Source: an uncultured Chloroflexia bacterium (GTDB lineage: Bacteria; Chloroflexota; Ktedonobacteria; Ktedonobacterales; JADMIN01). From it: 32,000 bases of DNA. The position numbers and the translations under genes are program-made. The notes under the pieces are model-generated. The model did no database searches. It was not told where the DNA came from and worked only from the letters and a program-made list of their open reading frames with translations. Shown one piece after another: positions 1 to 7,946 of this stretch (its first letter is position 1; each line of letters opens with the position of its first letter). The stretch covers positions 840,001-872,000 of the forward strand of contig CAVRAI010000003.1 of the NCBI GenBank assembly GCA_963718915.1, given 5' to 3'.

Positions 1-126
1 GGCCATGCGTCGGCGCAGGCGGTCATGGATCCACTCACTATATTTGGTCTGTAGCACCAGCCACCAGAGGCCGAGCAGGGTAAACGAAAGTTGCGCAACC
101 GTCTGATAAAACACCTCGGGTACCAT
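1..126 (-). CDS. 5' end of a CDS that continues beyond the window start (42 N-terminal codons, hydrophobic; unknown membrane protein)
   Basis: Minus-strand ATG at 126-124 preceded by GGAAGCGAG. The frame stays open to base 1 (MVPEVFYQTVAQLSFTLLGLWWLVLQTKYSEWIHDRLRRRMA). Absent from the ORF track because there is no stop in the window. No family recognised. Confidence 0.3.
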   Translation of the reverse strand, partial: MVPEVFYQTVAQLSFTLLGLWWLVLQTKYSEWIHDRLRRRMA

Positions 127-270
127 CGCTCACACTCGCTTCCGCTGCCCACCTGGGCGATATCACAGCGATACAATACAGACAGCCACCGTTCCGTTGC
201 CTGAGCACCATGATACACCGCGTGTGAAGGGCGGCAGCCAGCCCGGCATTCAAAGGGAACGCGCCCGCGC

Positions 271-300
271 TTGACGGGCGCCGCCGCGATACGATACACT
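271..300 (+). promoter_or_regulatory. candidate sigma70-type promoter for tRNA-Thr
   Basis: TTGACG (271-276), 18 nt, TACACT (295-300), about 60 nt upstream of the tRNA. Pattern match only. Confidence 0.25.
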
Positions 301-361
301 ACGGGAGGTCGCCACGTTGCCATGCGTATTGAGGTGGCATGGTGGTGGCTCGCGCCTCCTC

Positions 362-436
362 GCCAGCGTAGCTCAGTGGCAGAGCAGCTGTTTCGTAAAC
401 AGCAGGTCAAGGGTTCAAATCCCTTCGCTGGCTCCA
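362..436 (+). tRNA. tRNA-Thr (anticodon CGU)
   Basis: Hand-folded cloverleaf. Acceptor GCCAGCG/CGCTGGC (362-368/426-432). D arm GCTC-AGTGGCA-GAGC. Anticodon stem GCTGT/ACAGC with loop TTCGTAA (anticodon CGT at 394-396). T arm AAGGG-TTCAAAT-CCCTT. Encoded CCA at 434-436. Confidence 0.92.
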
Positions 437-439
437 TAA

Positions 440-471
440 GAATCCGGAATTACTCCGGGTTCTTTCGTTTT
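440..471 (+). terminator. rho-independent terminator after tRNA-Thr
   Basis: GAATCCGGA (440-448) pairs with TCCGGGTTC (454-462): 9-bp stem with one G-U, 5-nt loop, followed by TTTCGTTTT. Confidence 0.5.
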
Positions 472-593
472 CCAGGCGCGCGTTCGGTTCATCAACTGAA
501 ATTGACATCAATTTCATCCCCAGATCACTATTGCTGATCTTCCACATCATCGCTCGCGCTGGGCGGACGAAGGTAGCGGTTCTGTCTGCCTGT

Positions 594-2213
594 CTATGGA
601 TGCGGCGGGTAGGCCGGGTTGATGACCTGGAAGCTTTCCAGCGGAGCAATTGCCGACAGGCGCCCATCAGCGGTAGCAAAGACCACTTCGTGTCGCGTTT
701 CTACGAAACGCACAGTTGCCTGCGTCAGGGAGCCGAGGCTGTCAGTTGGCGTATCGGTTGGCGTATCGGTTGGCGTATCGGTTGGCGTATCAGTCGGCGT
801 ATCGGTTGGTGTGTCAGTTGGTGTGTCAGTCGGTACATCTGTCGCCGTTGGTGACGGCTCTGGAGTGTCTGTTGGGTACGGTGTCGGTGTTGGCGTGCCG
901 GGGCCGACTGTAACCGTTGGGGGCCGAGGGGTCGGCGTGAGCGTGGGCAGCGGGGGCCGGGGCGTGGGCGTGGGTGTGCCAGGGCCGGTGGTCACAGTCG
1001 GCGTCAGCGCATAACTGGTTGCTGTGGCCACCATCGCCTGGTACTTCGGGTCAAACGGGGACGTGGCCGTGGAAGTTCGCTTGTTGGTGTTCGCGCCACC
1101 TTCTGCTCCATTTCTGCGGTCCAGACTCAGCGCGCAGAATACCGAGATGATGAGCAGTACCGTCGCCAGTGCGATATGCAGCCCCGGCCGGGGGACGCGC
1201 CGCCGACGGCCCGCGTCGGAGTCATCAGCGTCCTCCGGCAAAAGTGGGGTGTCTTCGCCATTGCCTGCATTGCCTGTATTGCCCCCGTTTCCGCTCATAT
1301 GATCTCGGCCACCAACGGGTCCGCCACTCGCGCGAACGGGTCCGCCGCTTGCCCGGCTGAGCCGAACCATTTCGCCAGCCTGGAGCAGGGTAGCGCGCAT
1401 GTCGGTGGCATTGGCATAGCGTTGCATCGGATCGCGCGCCAGCGCGCGCAGAACGTCGGCGTCGAGCTCGGGTGAGATGGCTGGATTGAGTCTGGAAGGC
1501 GGAACAATAGGCTCCGTCAGTATCTGAGCGACGACAGCGGCGGGCGTGGCCGCGCTATGCGGCGGCTGGCCAGTGAGCAGCTCATAGAGCACCGCGCCCA
1601 ATGCGTAGATGTCGGCGCGCTGATCAACATACTCACCCGTAAACTGTTCAGGCGCCATGTAGTGTGGCGTGGCAATTACGAGCCTCGTACCCGCGAGCGT
1701 CGGCGCCTGACCGGTGTTTTCAAATGCAACCTGGCGAACGATGCCAAAGCCTGTCAGCAACGCCTGGTCGTCGTTCAGCAGGATGTTGTCAGGTTTGACA
1801 TTGCGGTGGATGAGGCCTAGCCCATGGATCGCGGTGAGAGCTGAAGCGACCTGTGCGACCATGTCAAGCGCCGCGGAGATGGCAACATGCCCCTGACGTA
1901 GCAGCACATCACGGAGAGAAGCGCGGAACAGCGGCATCACCAGATAGAAGTAGGGTCCTTGCTCACCGAAAAACACGATTGGCGCGATATTTGGGTGGGC
2001 AAGCCCGAGAATCTGGGCGACCTCATTCTTAAGGCTCGCCACATAGTCAGAGTTGGCGGCGAGAGCAGGAGAAAGTACCTTGATGGCCACCGTGCGATTC
2101 GTATCCAATTCCTGCCCACGGTAAACATTAGCCATGCCGCCGCTCTTGAGCAACTCCTGCAACTGGTACTTGCCAAGCCGTTCACCGCTTAGCGTTCTGT
2201 TGGCCTCAGTCAC
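594..2213 (-). CDS. membrane-anchored Ser/Thr protein kinase homologue, probably a pseudokinase
   Basis: N-terminal Hanks-type kinase domain (VAIKVL, IHRNVKPDNILL, LLTGFGI, YMAPEQ, DIYALGAVLYELLTG). One TM helix (LHIALATVLLIISVFCALSL). Pro/Thr-rich linker with (PTDT)n and a ~50-aa C-terminal domain. HRD is HRN (AAT, 1800-1802) and DFG is GFG (GGC, 1749-1751). Confidence 0.88.
   Translation of the reverse strand: MTEANRTLSGERLGKYQLQELLKSGGMANVYRGQELDTNRTVAIKVLSPALAANSDYVASLKNEVAQILGLAHPNIAPIVFFGEQGPYFYLVMPLFRASLRDVLLRQGHVAISAALDMVAQVASALTAIHGLGLIHRNVKPDNILLNDDQALLTGFGIVRQVAFENTGQAPTLAGTRLVIATPHYMAPEQFTGEYVDQRADIYALGAVLYELLTGQPPHSAATPAAVVAQILTEPIVPPSRLNPAISPELDADVLRALARDPMQRYANATDMRATLLQAGEMVRLSRASGGPVRASGGPVGGRDHMSGNGGNTGNAGNGEDTPLLPEDADDSDAGRRRRVPRPGLHIALATVLLIISVFCALSLDRRNGAEGGANTNKRTSTATSPFDPKYQAMVATATSYALTPTVTTGPGTPTPTPRPPLPTLTPTPRPPTVTVGPGTPTPTPYPTDTPEPSPTATDVPTDTPTDTPTDTPTDTPTDTPTDTPTDTPTDSLGSLTQATVRFVETRHEVVFATADGRLSAIAPLESFQVINPAYPPHP
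741..836. repeat. 12-bp in-frame tandem repeat (~8 units) encoding (PTDT)n in the kinase linker
   Basis: GGCGTATCGGTT and close variants (GGCGTATCAGTC, GGTGTGTCAGTT) repeated head to tail. The minus-strand translation is PTDTPTDTPTDT... Confidence 0.85.
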
Positions 2214-2484
2214 ACGAGTTTCTCGATTCCTCGTAGCGAGTGCCCTATGCGCTCCGAAAAACTCACGGCAAAGCTACTGATGATCCATGAAGCGAGGCAC
2301 CGCCATTGTAGGAGTTCTCTCTTATATCTGTCAAGGTGCGAGGATCGCACTGACAGCCAAATTTCCCATTGCGTTCATTCCAGCATACAGATTACTACTC
2401 TCATGGAGTGTTAGTCATTCATTGTCATGCCGAACCGACGTTGAGTTGGTGACAGGCGAGAGAGCCAGAGGTTATACGTATCTC

Positions 2485-3195
2485 ATGAACAAACACATTG
2501 TTGCGGGTAGCGCTGGCTTTGCCATCAAGGACGGTATCTGGCGCCTTGGGCCTATCATGCGCTATGGGCTTCAGCTTACGGGCAAGCCGAACCCCAGGCT
2601 GTGCTACATTGGCACCGCTGGCGGCGATGACGCCACCTGGACGACGGTGTTCTACACAGCCTGCGCCGACGAAGACGTGACTCCGAGTCATCTGCATCTC
2701 TTCACCATGCCGAATGTGCGTGATGTGCGCGCGCATCTGCTCGCTCAGGATATGCTCTGGGTCGGTGGCGGATCCGTCGCCAATCTGCTCGCCGTCTGGA
2801 GAGTACACGGCCTCGACGCGATTCTGCGCGAAGCCTGGGAGCGCGGCGTCGTGCTGGCGGGGGTCAGCGCTGGCTCGATATGCTGGCATGTTGGCGGAAC
2901 CACCGATTCCTTTGGCGTTGATCTGCGTCCGGTCACCAACGGCCTCGGGCTTCTCCCGTACTCCAACGGCGTCCACTACGATAGCGAAGAGCGTCGGCGT
3001 CCCCTCTTCCAAAAGCTGATCGCGGACGGCACGCTGCCGACGGGGTATGCCACCGACGACCAGGTGGCGCTGCACTACGTCGATGACAAGCTCCACAAGG
3101 TCATCGCGGAAACGAGCGGCAAATACGCCTACCACGTCGCCAGAACCGGCACGGGTGTCGAAGAGACCAGAATCGAGCCGGAGGTCCTCGGCTAG
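2485..3195 (+). CDS. peptidase family S51 (dipeptidase E-like) protein
   Basis: Internal ATG 2485 (MNKHIVAG...) preferred over the 302-aa ORF start. Motifs GTAGGD, VGGGSVANLL, nucleophile-type GVSAGSICW and VHYDSEE fit S51/peptidase E. Confidence 0.75.
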   Translation: MNKHIVAGSAGFAIKDGIWRLGPIMRYGLQLTGKPNPRLCYIGTAGGDDATWTTVFYTACADEDVTPSHLHLFTMPNVRDVRAHLLAQDMLWVGGGSVANLLAVWRVHGLDAILREAWERGVVLAGVSAGSICWHVGGTTDSFGVDLRPVTNGLGLLPYSNGVHYDSEERRRPLFQKLIADGTLPTGYATDDQVALHYVDDKLHKVIAETSGKYAYHVARTGTGVEETRIEPEVLG

Positions 3196-3224
3196 TGGGC
3201 AGTTTCAGCCGCGAAATGGCGAAA

Positions 3225-4148
3225 TCAGCCTTCCCGACCTGCCCAGCGTAGGACGCGAAGGGCATGCAGTGTGATCCATCGGCTTGGCTCGCCCTCGCGC
3301 TCGTTGAAGTCGACCAGCTGCCTGTCGTGATGGGCGTGTTCGAGGGGCCATCGGCCGTCGGCGTCGCGCTTGGACTCGACGATGCCAATCGCCTCGGCGA
3401 TCCGCTCGTCCGGCGCGACGCCAGCCTCACGCAGGTAGTCAAGCCCGCGAAGGATGTCGTAGCGCCAGCCGTTCGGGAACGAGAGCCGTAGCCAGTCACC
3501 GTCTCCTTTGTTGGGGACGATGATCTCGCCAGTCGACAGCCGCCGGAACAGTCTTCGCTTGAGCAGGTACTCCTGCCCACGGCTGCGGGCGGCAGCGACC
3601 TCGGTGTCACTCCCAGCATATCGCTCGAAATCGAGCAGGCCTTCGAGCACGTTGATCGTCGTGTCGAACGATCCCCGCGTCGAGCCGTTCTCCTGCTCGC
3701 AGTTCCAGCCGCCGTCCTCCATCTGCTCGGTCAGCAGCCGGTCGACGATGCCGCGCGCGTCCACGCCGAAGTAAGCGCCGAGCGCGACGGCCCGTCCATT
3801 GATGCACGGCTCGACCTCGCCCTCGAAGTATGGCTCGTCGTCGTGTTCCCAGCGACTGTTGGCGCGGACACGCGCGATGGCGTGTCTGACCGCCTCCGTG
3901 GTGGGATCGACGCCGAACTGTTGGAGCAGCTGGAGCGTGTACGTCGTCGAGATCCATTCGGGGAATAAGGCGCCACCGCTCCATTGGCCATCGGCGCCCT
4001 GGGCGGCGAGCAACTGCGCGCCCCAGCCCTCGTGCGCGACGCGCGCGCGCTCAGCCGCGACCTCGTCGGCGGGCGCATCGGTCAGATCGCGCATGACCTG
4101 CCAGCGAATGGCGGGGTCCGAATCCAGCAGCCACTCCAGAACCGTCAT
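3225..4148 (-). CDS. prenyltransferase/squalene-oxidase-repeat (alpha-alpha toroid) protein, function unknown
   Basis: Repeated DG-x-W motifs (GADGQWSGG, MEDGGWNCE, DADGRWPLE). ATG at 4148 (MTVLEWLL) is preceded by GAGGAGGAAGCT, so it is preferred over the ORF-track start at 4190. Confidence 0.6.
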   Translation of the reverse strand: MTVLEWLLDSDPAIRWQVMRDLTDAPADEVAAERARVAHEGWGAQLLAAQGADGQWSGGALFPEWISTTYTLQLLQQFGVDPTTEAVRHAIARVRANSRWEHDDEPYFEGEVEPCINGRAVALGAYFGVDARGIVDRLLTEQMEDGGWNCEQENGSTRGSFDTTINVLEGLLDFERYAGSDTEVAAARSRGQEYLLKRRLFRRLSTGEIIVPNKGDGDWLRLSFPNGWRYDILRGLDYLREAGVAPDERIAEAIGIVESKRDADGRWPLEHAHHDRQLVDFNEREGEPSRWITLHALRVLRWAGREG

Positions 4149-4479
4149 AGCTTCCTCCTCACAGCAGTGTTCTTGAGCTTGTCTGCTCAATTGACGACTT
4201 GACCGCGATGGGTCAACCTGGCCTCATGCATCTTGACAGACGGCGGATACGCGCTCACGAGGAGCGGATGTCCTCAAGCAACCAGCTACCGCGCCGTTCT
4301 CACACACTGGCAAAAAAACGGCAATGGGAGAGATCATTCATGTTGGAGATCGTAGAAACGCAGAATCAGGATCGAGCGCCAGTGCTTCGGCGCCATCGGG
4401 GGAATGGGGGAATCGGCGTAACACTTTTGCGATAGCAGCGGTTTCTTACGAGGACAAATAATATACCCCACGAGGACAC

Positions 4480-5457
4480 GTGTCAGAAATGGAAAGAGGT
4501 TGCCTGGTGTCGCATCAGACTGAGGAGATCCCAAAAACTGACCGTCCAGACGCAGGCTCGCAGAAGTCTTTTGGGCCGGAGGTGGCGCAGTTTTTCGTGG
4601 TGAGCCTGTGGGCTTCCACATTCATCGTGACGAAAGCCATGTTTGTTGAGGTGTCGCCACTGGCGTTCGCCTTCGTGCGCTTTGCGCTCATGACAGTCCT
4701 GGCGTTCGGTATCCTCGCGCTACGCAGCCATGGGCGACTCCCGCCTATCCGCCGCGCCGATCTGCTTCTCTTCCTGGCGGCTGGGCTGACGGGATATACA
4801 CTCTATCAGCTCGGTTTCGTGCTTGGGCTCGATCACACGTCGCCGTTTTCCAGTTCGCTGCTGATCGCGATGGTGCCATTCTTCACGATGGTGTTTCTCG
4901 CGGTACGTGGTGAGCGCCTACCGCGGCACGCCTGGCTTGGCCTCGCTGTGGGCCTGGCGGGTGTCGTGATCTTCCTGACGGATAAACTGGGTAGCCCCGG
5001 CTCACTGGTGGGTGACGCGCTCAGCCTCGGCGCGGCGGTCTCGTTCGCGCTCTATGGGCTGGTCAACCGGCCGCTGGTGCGCGCCTACCCACCCGAAGCG
5101 TACACGGCCTACGCCCTTCTCGCCGGGACAATTCCGCTTCTGGTCATTTCGACGCCCGCGGCCCTGGCCCAGAACTGGGGCGCGATCTCGATCTGGGGCT
5201 GGGTTGGCATCATCTACATGGTCGCGTTGCCAGTTTATGTGGCCTACATGCTCTGGAACTGGGCGATTGCGCGGCGTGGCGCGGCGGCGGCCACCAGCTT
5301 CAGTCTGCTGGTACCGATTCTGAGCGGCATCCTCTCCGCATTGCTCTTTGGAGAAGAGTTCGGAATCGTTAAGCTGCTCGGCGCTGCGTGTGTCCTCGCT
5401 GGATTGCTGGTCATCCGCTACCCGGCGAAACCCGCGAATACAGCTAAGGCCAGGTAA
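4480..5457 (+). CDS. EamA/DMT-family transporter
   Basis: About 10 hydrophobic helices in two EamA-like halves (FFVVSLWASTFIVTK..., VYVAYMLWNWAIARRGAAAATSFSLLVPILSG). The N-terminal ~35 aa and exact start are uncertain. Confidence 0.82.
   Translation: MSEMERGCLVSHQTEEIPKTDRPDAGSQKSFGPEVAQFFVVSLWASTFIVTKAMFVEVSPLAFAFVRFALMTVLAFGILALRSHGRLPPIRRADLLLFLAAGLTGYTLYQLGFVLGLDHTSPFSSSLLIAMVPFFTMVFLAVRGERLPRHAWLGLAVGLAGVVIFLTDKLGSPGSLVGDALSLGAAVSFALYGLVNRPLVRAYPPEAYTAYALLAGTIPLLVISTPAALAQNWGAISIWGWVGIIYMVALPVYVAYMLWNWAIARRGAAAATSFSLLVPILSGILSALLFGEEFGIVKLLGAACVLAGLLVIRYPAKPANTAKAR
5375..5440 (+). repeat. direct repeat copy A (functional 3' end of the EamA gene)
   Basis: 62/66 identical to 6835-6900, with a 46-bp perfect run (5386-5431). 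The offset is exactly 1460 bp. Confidence 0.9.
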
Positions 5458-5570
5458 ATTGCCGCTGATTGGCCGCTCTGATAGACGCAGAAGTTCCAGA
5501 GGAGTTAGACAACGGCTTGCGAAGCGTTAGAGGACATCTATGGCACTCTCTTTGTTATGGACGTAAGAGC

Positions 5571-6233
5571 CTACGCCCCAGCCATGGATGTAGACGCGGG
5601 AAACGGAGCGCCGCAAGTTGGGCAAAACTGTGCGTCAGGCAAAGCTACGGTCGCGCACCTCGCGCACACCCGCGGCTTGCGCGACAGCGCCATCCCACAA
5701 TAGGCGCAGAACGCAGCTCCAGCCTGCAAGGGCTTGTGGCAATGGGGGCACTCGCCATCTGTGCCAGGCAGCATATCCAGTGATGCCTCCAACTCCGCTA
5801 TTTTGAGTTTGTGGGCGGGCACGCTGGTGCGCCGTTCGGCGATGGTGTCTTTGACGGCGAACGCCAGGTAGAGCAATGGCAGCGAAAACAAGAGTACCAT
5901 GAAGACCGCGTATACCAGCGTGAGGCCGATGCGCCCTGGCCACGAGAGCGTGGCCCAGGGGACGTTCCCGTGTAGCGTGAGAAAATGACGCCAATCAAGA
6001 GCGAGGATTGTGCTCACGACGCCGAGAAAGACGATGAAGCCTGTGCCATAGAAAAAGTTGGGGTTTAGTGGTGCGATGCCCCATACGACAATCTCCCAAA
6101 ACAGCATGCCCAGGCACAGGAGCGTCAGGGTCCACACACTATATCGGTGCGGTGGATGAGGGGTACGTGCCATTGGTGTCTTCGCCATGTCCGCAGTATT
6201 CACTTGTTGCTGCAATGCAATCACCTCCATCAT
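5571..6233 (-). CDS. membrane protein with C-terminal double zinc-ribbon
   Basis: Four hydrophobic helices followed by CPHCHKPL...FCAYCG and CARCATV...FCPTCG (two CxxC...CxxC ribbons). Start uncertain: MMEVIAL at 6233 was chosen and the ORF extends to 6347. Confidence 0.55.
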   Translation of the reverse strand: MMEVIALQQQVNTADMAKTPMARTPHPPHRYSVWTLTLLCLGMLFWEIVVWGIAPLNPNFFYGTGFIVFLGVVSTILALDWRHFLTLHGNVPWATLSWPGRIGLTLVYAVFMVLLFSLPLLYLAFAVKDTIAERRTSVPAHKLKIAELEASLDMLPGTDGECPHCHKPLQAGAAFCAYCGMALSRKPRVCARCATVALPDAQFCPTCGAPFPASTSMAGA

Positions 6234-6340
6234 CGGAACCCGCTCGTGTCGCTCAGAGGACGGGACAGGACACCAAGCCCACTCTAGAACGGTGCAGAGC
6301 GTACACATGCCTACGGTACTACAGTTCCTAACCGAAACGC

Positions 6341-6532
6341 CTACCACGTCATCTCACCTAGTCCGCTCTCGCCGGATGCGGTCAAACAGCACACTCGCTG
6401 GCTCGCCCTCCGGGTCTTGTGACACGAGGTTGACCTGAGAAGGCGCGCTCCAGGATGCTCTGGCGCAGCCGCTCGGCCCGCCTGTTCGAGGAGGTCGTCA
6501 ATCCTTGTCCGCGCTATGTCTTCGGGCTTCAT
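6341..6532 (-). pseudogene. possible 5' remnant of a restriction-enzyme/helicase-type gene
   Basis: MKPEDIARTRIDDLLEQAGR resembles the N-terminal TRxxIDxLLxxAGW motif of type I/III restriction R subunits. The rest of the ORF is low-complexity and not protein-like. Confidence 0.2.
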
Positions 6533-6834
6533 CTCCTCTTCCCTCGTGGTGGTGATTGTGGGTGTGACGGCGTGCGACAGCGTAAGATTCGGAATAGTTT
6601 CAGTATAGGCGACAGATGGCCGTCTAGCAACCACTCGTTCCGTTAGTCTCATCATAAAGCGGAAGTGGGGGTGAGACTTTGACGAGGCAATCAGGAAGTC
6701 GGGCCCATCAGGCACGATACCATCGCTCCGAAAGGAGACGCACCCATGACGACCAACAATCCTGGTACGCCACCTATGCTATTGACGACGGACACTCTGC
6801 CACTTTAGGTAGGTCGTTGGCGATGTCCAGGTAT

Positions 6835-6900
6835 TGCTCGGCGCGGCGTGTGTCCTCGCTGGATTGCTGGTCATCCGCTACCCGGCGAAACACACGAACA
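6835..6900 (+). repeat. direct repeat copy B (displaced, orphan 3' end of the EamA gene)
   Basis: In the EamA frame it reads LLGAACVLAGLLVIRYPAKHTNMPEAD*, versus LLGAACVLAGLLVIRYPAKPANTAKAR* in the intact gene. No upstream gene body is attached. Confidence 0.88.
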
Positions 6901-6956
6901 TGCCCGAAGCCGATTGAATCGTGCGGTAATTCTCGCTGGCGCACTGCGGGCGCAGC

Positions 6957-6986
6957 TTGACAGTATGGCGGGTGATTGGGTAGAAT
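6957..6986 (+). promoter_or_regulatory. near-consensus sigma70-type promoter for tRNA-Glu
   Basis: TTGACA (6957-6962), 18 nt, TAGAAT (6981-6986), about 34 nt upstream of the tRNA 5' end. Confidence 0.5.
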
Positions 6987-7019
6987 ACAGGGCGCGGTGT
7001 AGCTAACGCCGCGACGCAT

Positions 7020-7096
7020 GGCGCATTCGTCTAGTGGCCCAGGACGCCGCCCTCTCAAGGCGGAGATCACGGGTTCGAATCCCGTATGCGCTACCA
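7020..7096 (+). tRNA. tRNA-Glu (anticodon CUC)
   Basis: Acceptor GGCGCAT/ATGCGCT (G1-U72). D arm GTCT-AGTGGCCCA-GGAC. Anticodon stem CCGCC/GGCGG with loop CTCTCAA (CTC at 7054-7056). T arm ACGGG-TTCGAAT-CCCGT. Encoded CCA at 7094-7096. Strong resemblance to bacterial tRNA-Glu. Confidence 0.92.
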
Positions 7097-7099
7097 AAA

Positions 7100-7122
7100 G
7101 CCCCACCTGCTAACGGTGGGGC
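7100..7122 (+). terminator. hairpin downstream of tRNA-Glu (possible terminator)
   Basis: GCCCCACC (7100-7107), loop TGCTAAC, GGTGGGGC (7115-7122). The downstream T-run is weak. Confidence 0.3.
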
Positions 7123-7267
7123 GCTCTCATTTCCTGAGGGCTGGAGTCTCGCCACCCCTCTCTTTCATCATGGCGTCAATCGAGCAATCTTTCCATCGCC
7201 GCGGCGGCATCCTTCTGTATGCTTGGTGGGACGTGCGCGCGCCTGGCGCTTTGGCGCAGACACGGTA

Positions 7268-7459
7268 CTAGTAGCGGTCGCTGTAGCCTTTGCCGCCATT
7301 TTGATCGGCCTCGGCTGGAGTTACCCACCAGTGGTTCTGGAGGCGCCACGGCTCATTGCGCGCCAGCACACGATAATGCGCCTGGCGCCAGGTGAACGCG
7401 CTCGGCTGACCGTCCGCGGATGTCTCGACTGCTACTGGTATGTCGATGCGCCTGGGCAT
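7268..7459 (-). CDS. hypothetical small protein (63 aa)
   Basis: The ORF lacks low-complexity character (MPRRIDIPVAVETSADGQPSAFTWRQAHYRVLARNEPWRLQNHWW...). No family assigned with confidence. Confidence 0.4.
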   Translation of the reverse strand: MPRRIDIPVAVETSADGQPSAFTWRQAHYRVLARNEPWRLQNHWWVTPAEADQNGGKGYSDRY

Positions 7460-7622
7460 GCTCTCATAACCTCCTGAACACCTCCAGCATGGCGCAGCGC
7501 TAGCTCCTCGACAAGGCGTCTTGATGTGTCACCCGCAGACAAGAGCGGCGATCGACAGGCGCAAAAATGCCCCACCGACGACACGATGTGCCGATGGGAC
7601 GATTGGATCTCGGACTGCTCGA

Positions 7623-7946
7623 TCAATGCTCGTGATCGAAGTGGGCAATGGTGCGCGCTTGCACTTCGCCAAGGGATGGCTCGGCCATTACCCACACTTC
7701 GCGGTGCTGTTGGCGGGCGTACGTCTCGGCAAGCTGGAGCGCACGTGCGCGATCTTCCGTCACGTAGGTGCTGGTTGAGTTCCAGTCAGACACGCCCAGC
7801 TCCGCTGCTTCCGCTGGGCGGGTGACGTACTCGCCACCAGGCGACCCCTTAGGGGGGTAGGTGGTCTCGCCGATGCGAACGGTGTAGAGCGTGCGGTCAG
7901 ACTGCGGCCACTTTGGCTCCTTCGGCATACTGTCAGCCATGTGCAA
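7623..7946 (-). CDS. hypothetical protein (107 aa)
   Basis: ORF with balanced composition, on the same strand as 7268-7459. No recognisable motif. Confidence 0.45.
   Translation of the reverse strand: MHMADSMPKEPKWPQSDRTLYTVRIGETTYPPKGSPGGEYVTRPAEAAELGVSDWNSTSTYVTEDRARALQLAETYARQQHREVWVMAEPSLGEVQARTIAHFDHEH

Noticed and set aside
271-537. 88-aa ORF overlapping tRNA-Thr.
   Set aside because: It reads straight through a well-folding tRNA and its terminator. It is not coding.
741-836. Possible CRISPR array, also considered for the repeats at 10413-10451 and 25594-25617.
   Set aside because: The units are 11-13 bp, directly abutting with no spacers, and either coding or too few. Nothing in the window has CRISPR repeat-spacer architecture.
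531-1014. Plus-strand ORFs with WRIGWRIG / GVSVGVSV repeats.
   Set aside because: They are antisense translations of the (PTDT)n repeat of the kinase-homologue gene.
4199-4435. 78-aa ORF in the 3225-4148 / EamA intergenic region.
   Set aside because: It is basic, low-complexity sequence in a probable promoter region, with no SD.
7034-7477. 147-aa ORF starting inside tRNA-Glu, and the 146-aa ORF 8189-8629 running through the tRNA-Glu remnant.
   Set aside because: Both share the peptide AQDAALSRRRSRVRI, which is simply the translated tRNA sequence. 7034-7477 is an artefact. The 5' part of 8189-8629 might be a real element gene, but I could not support it.
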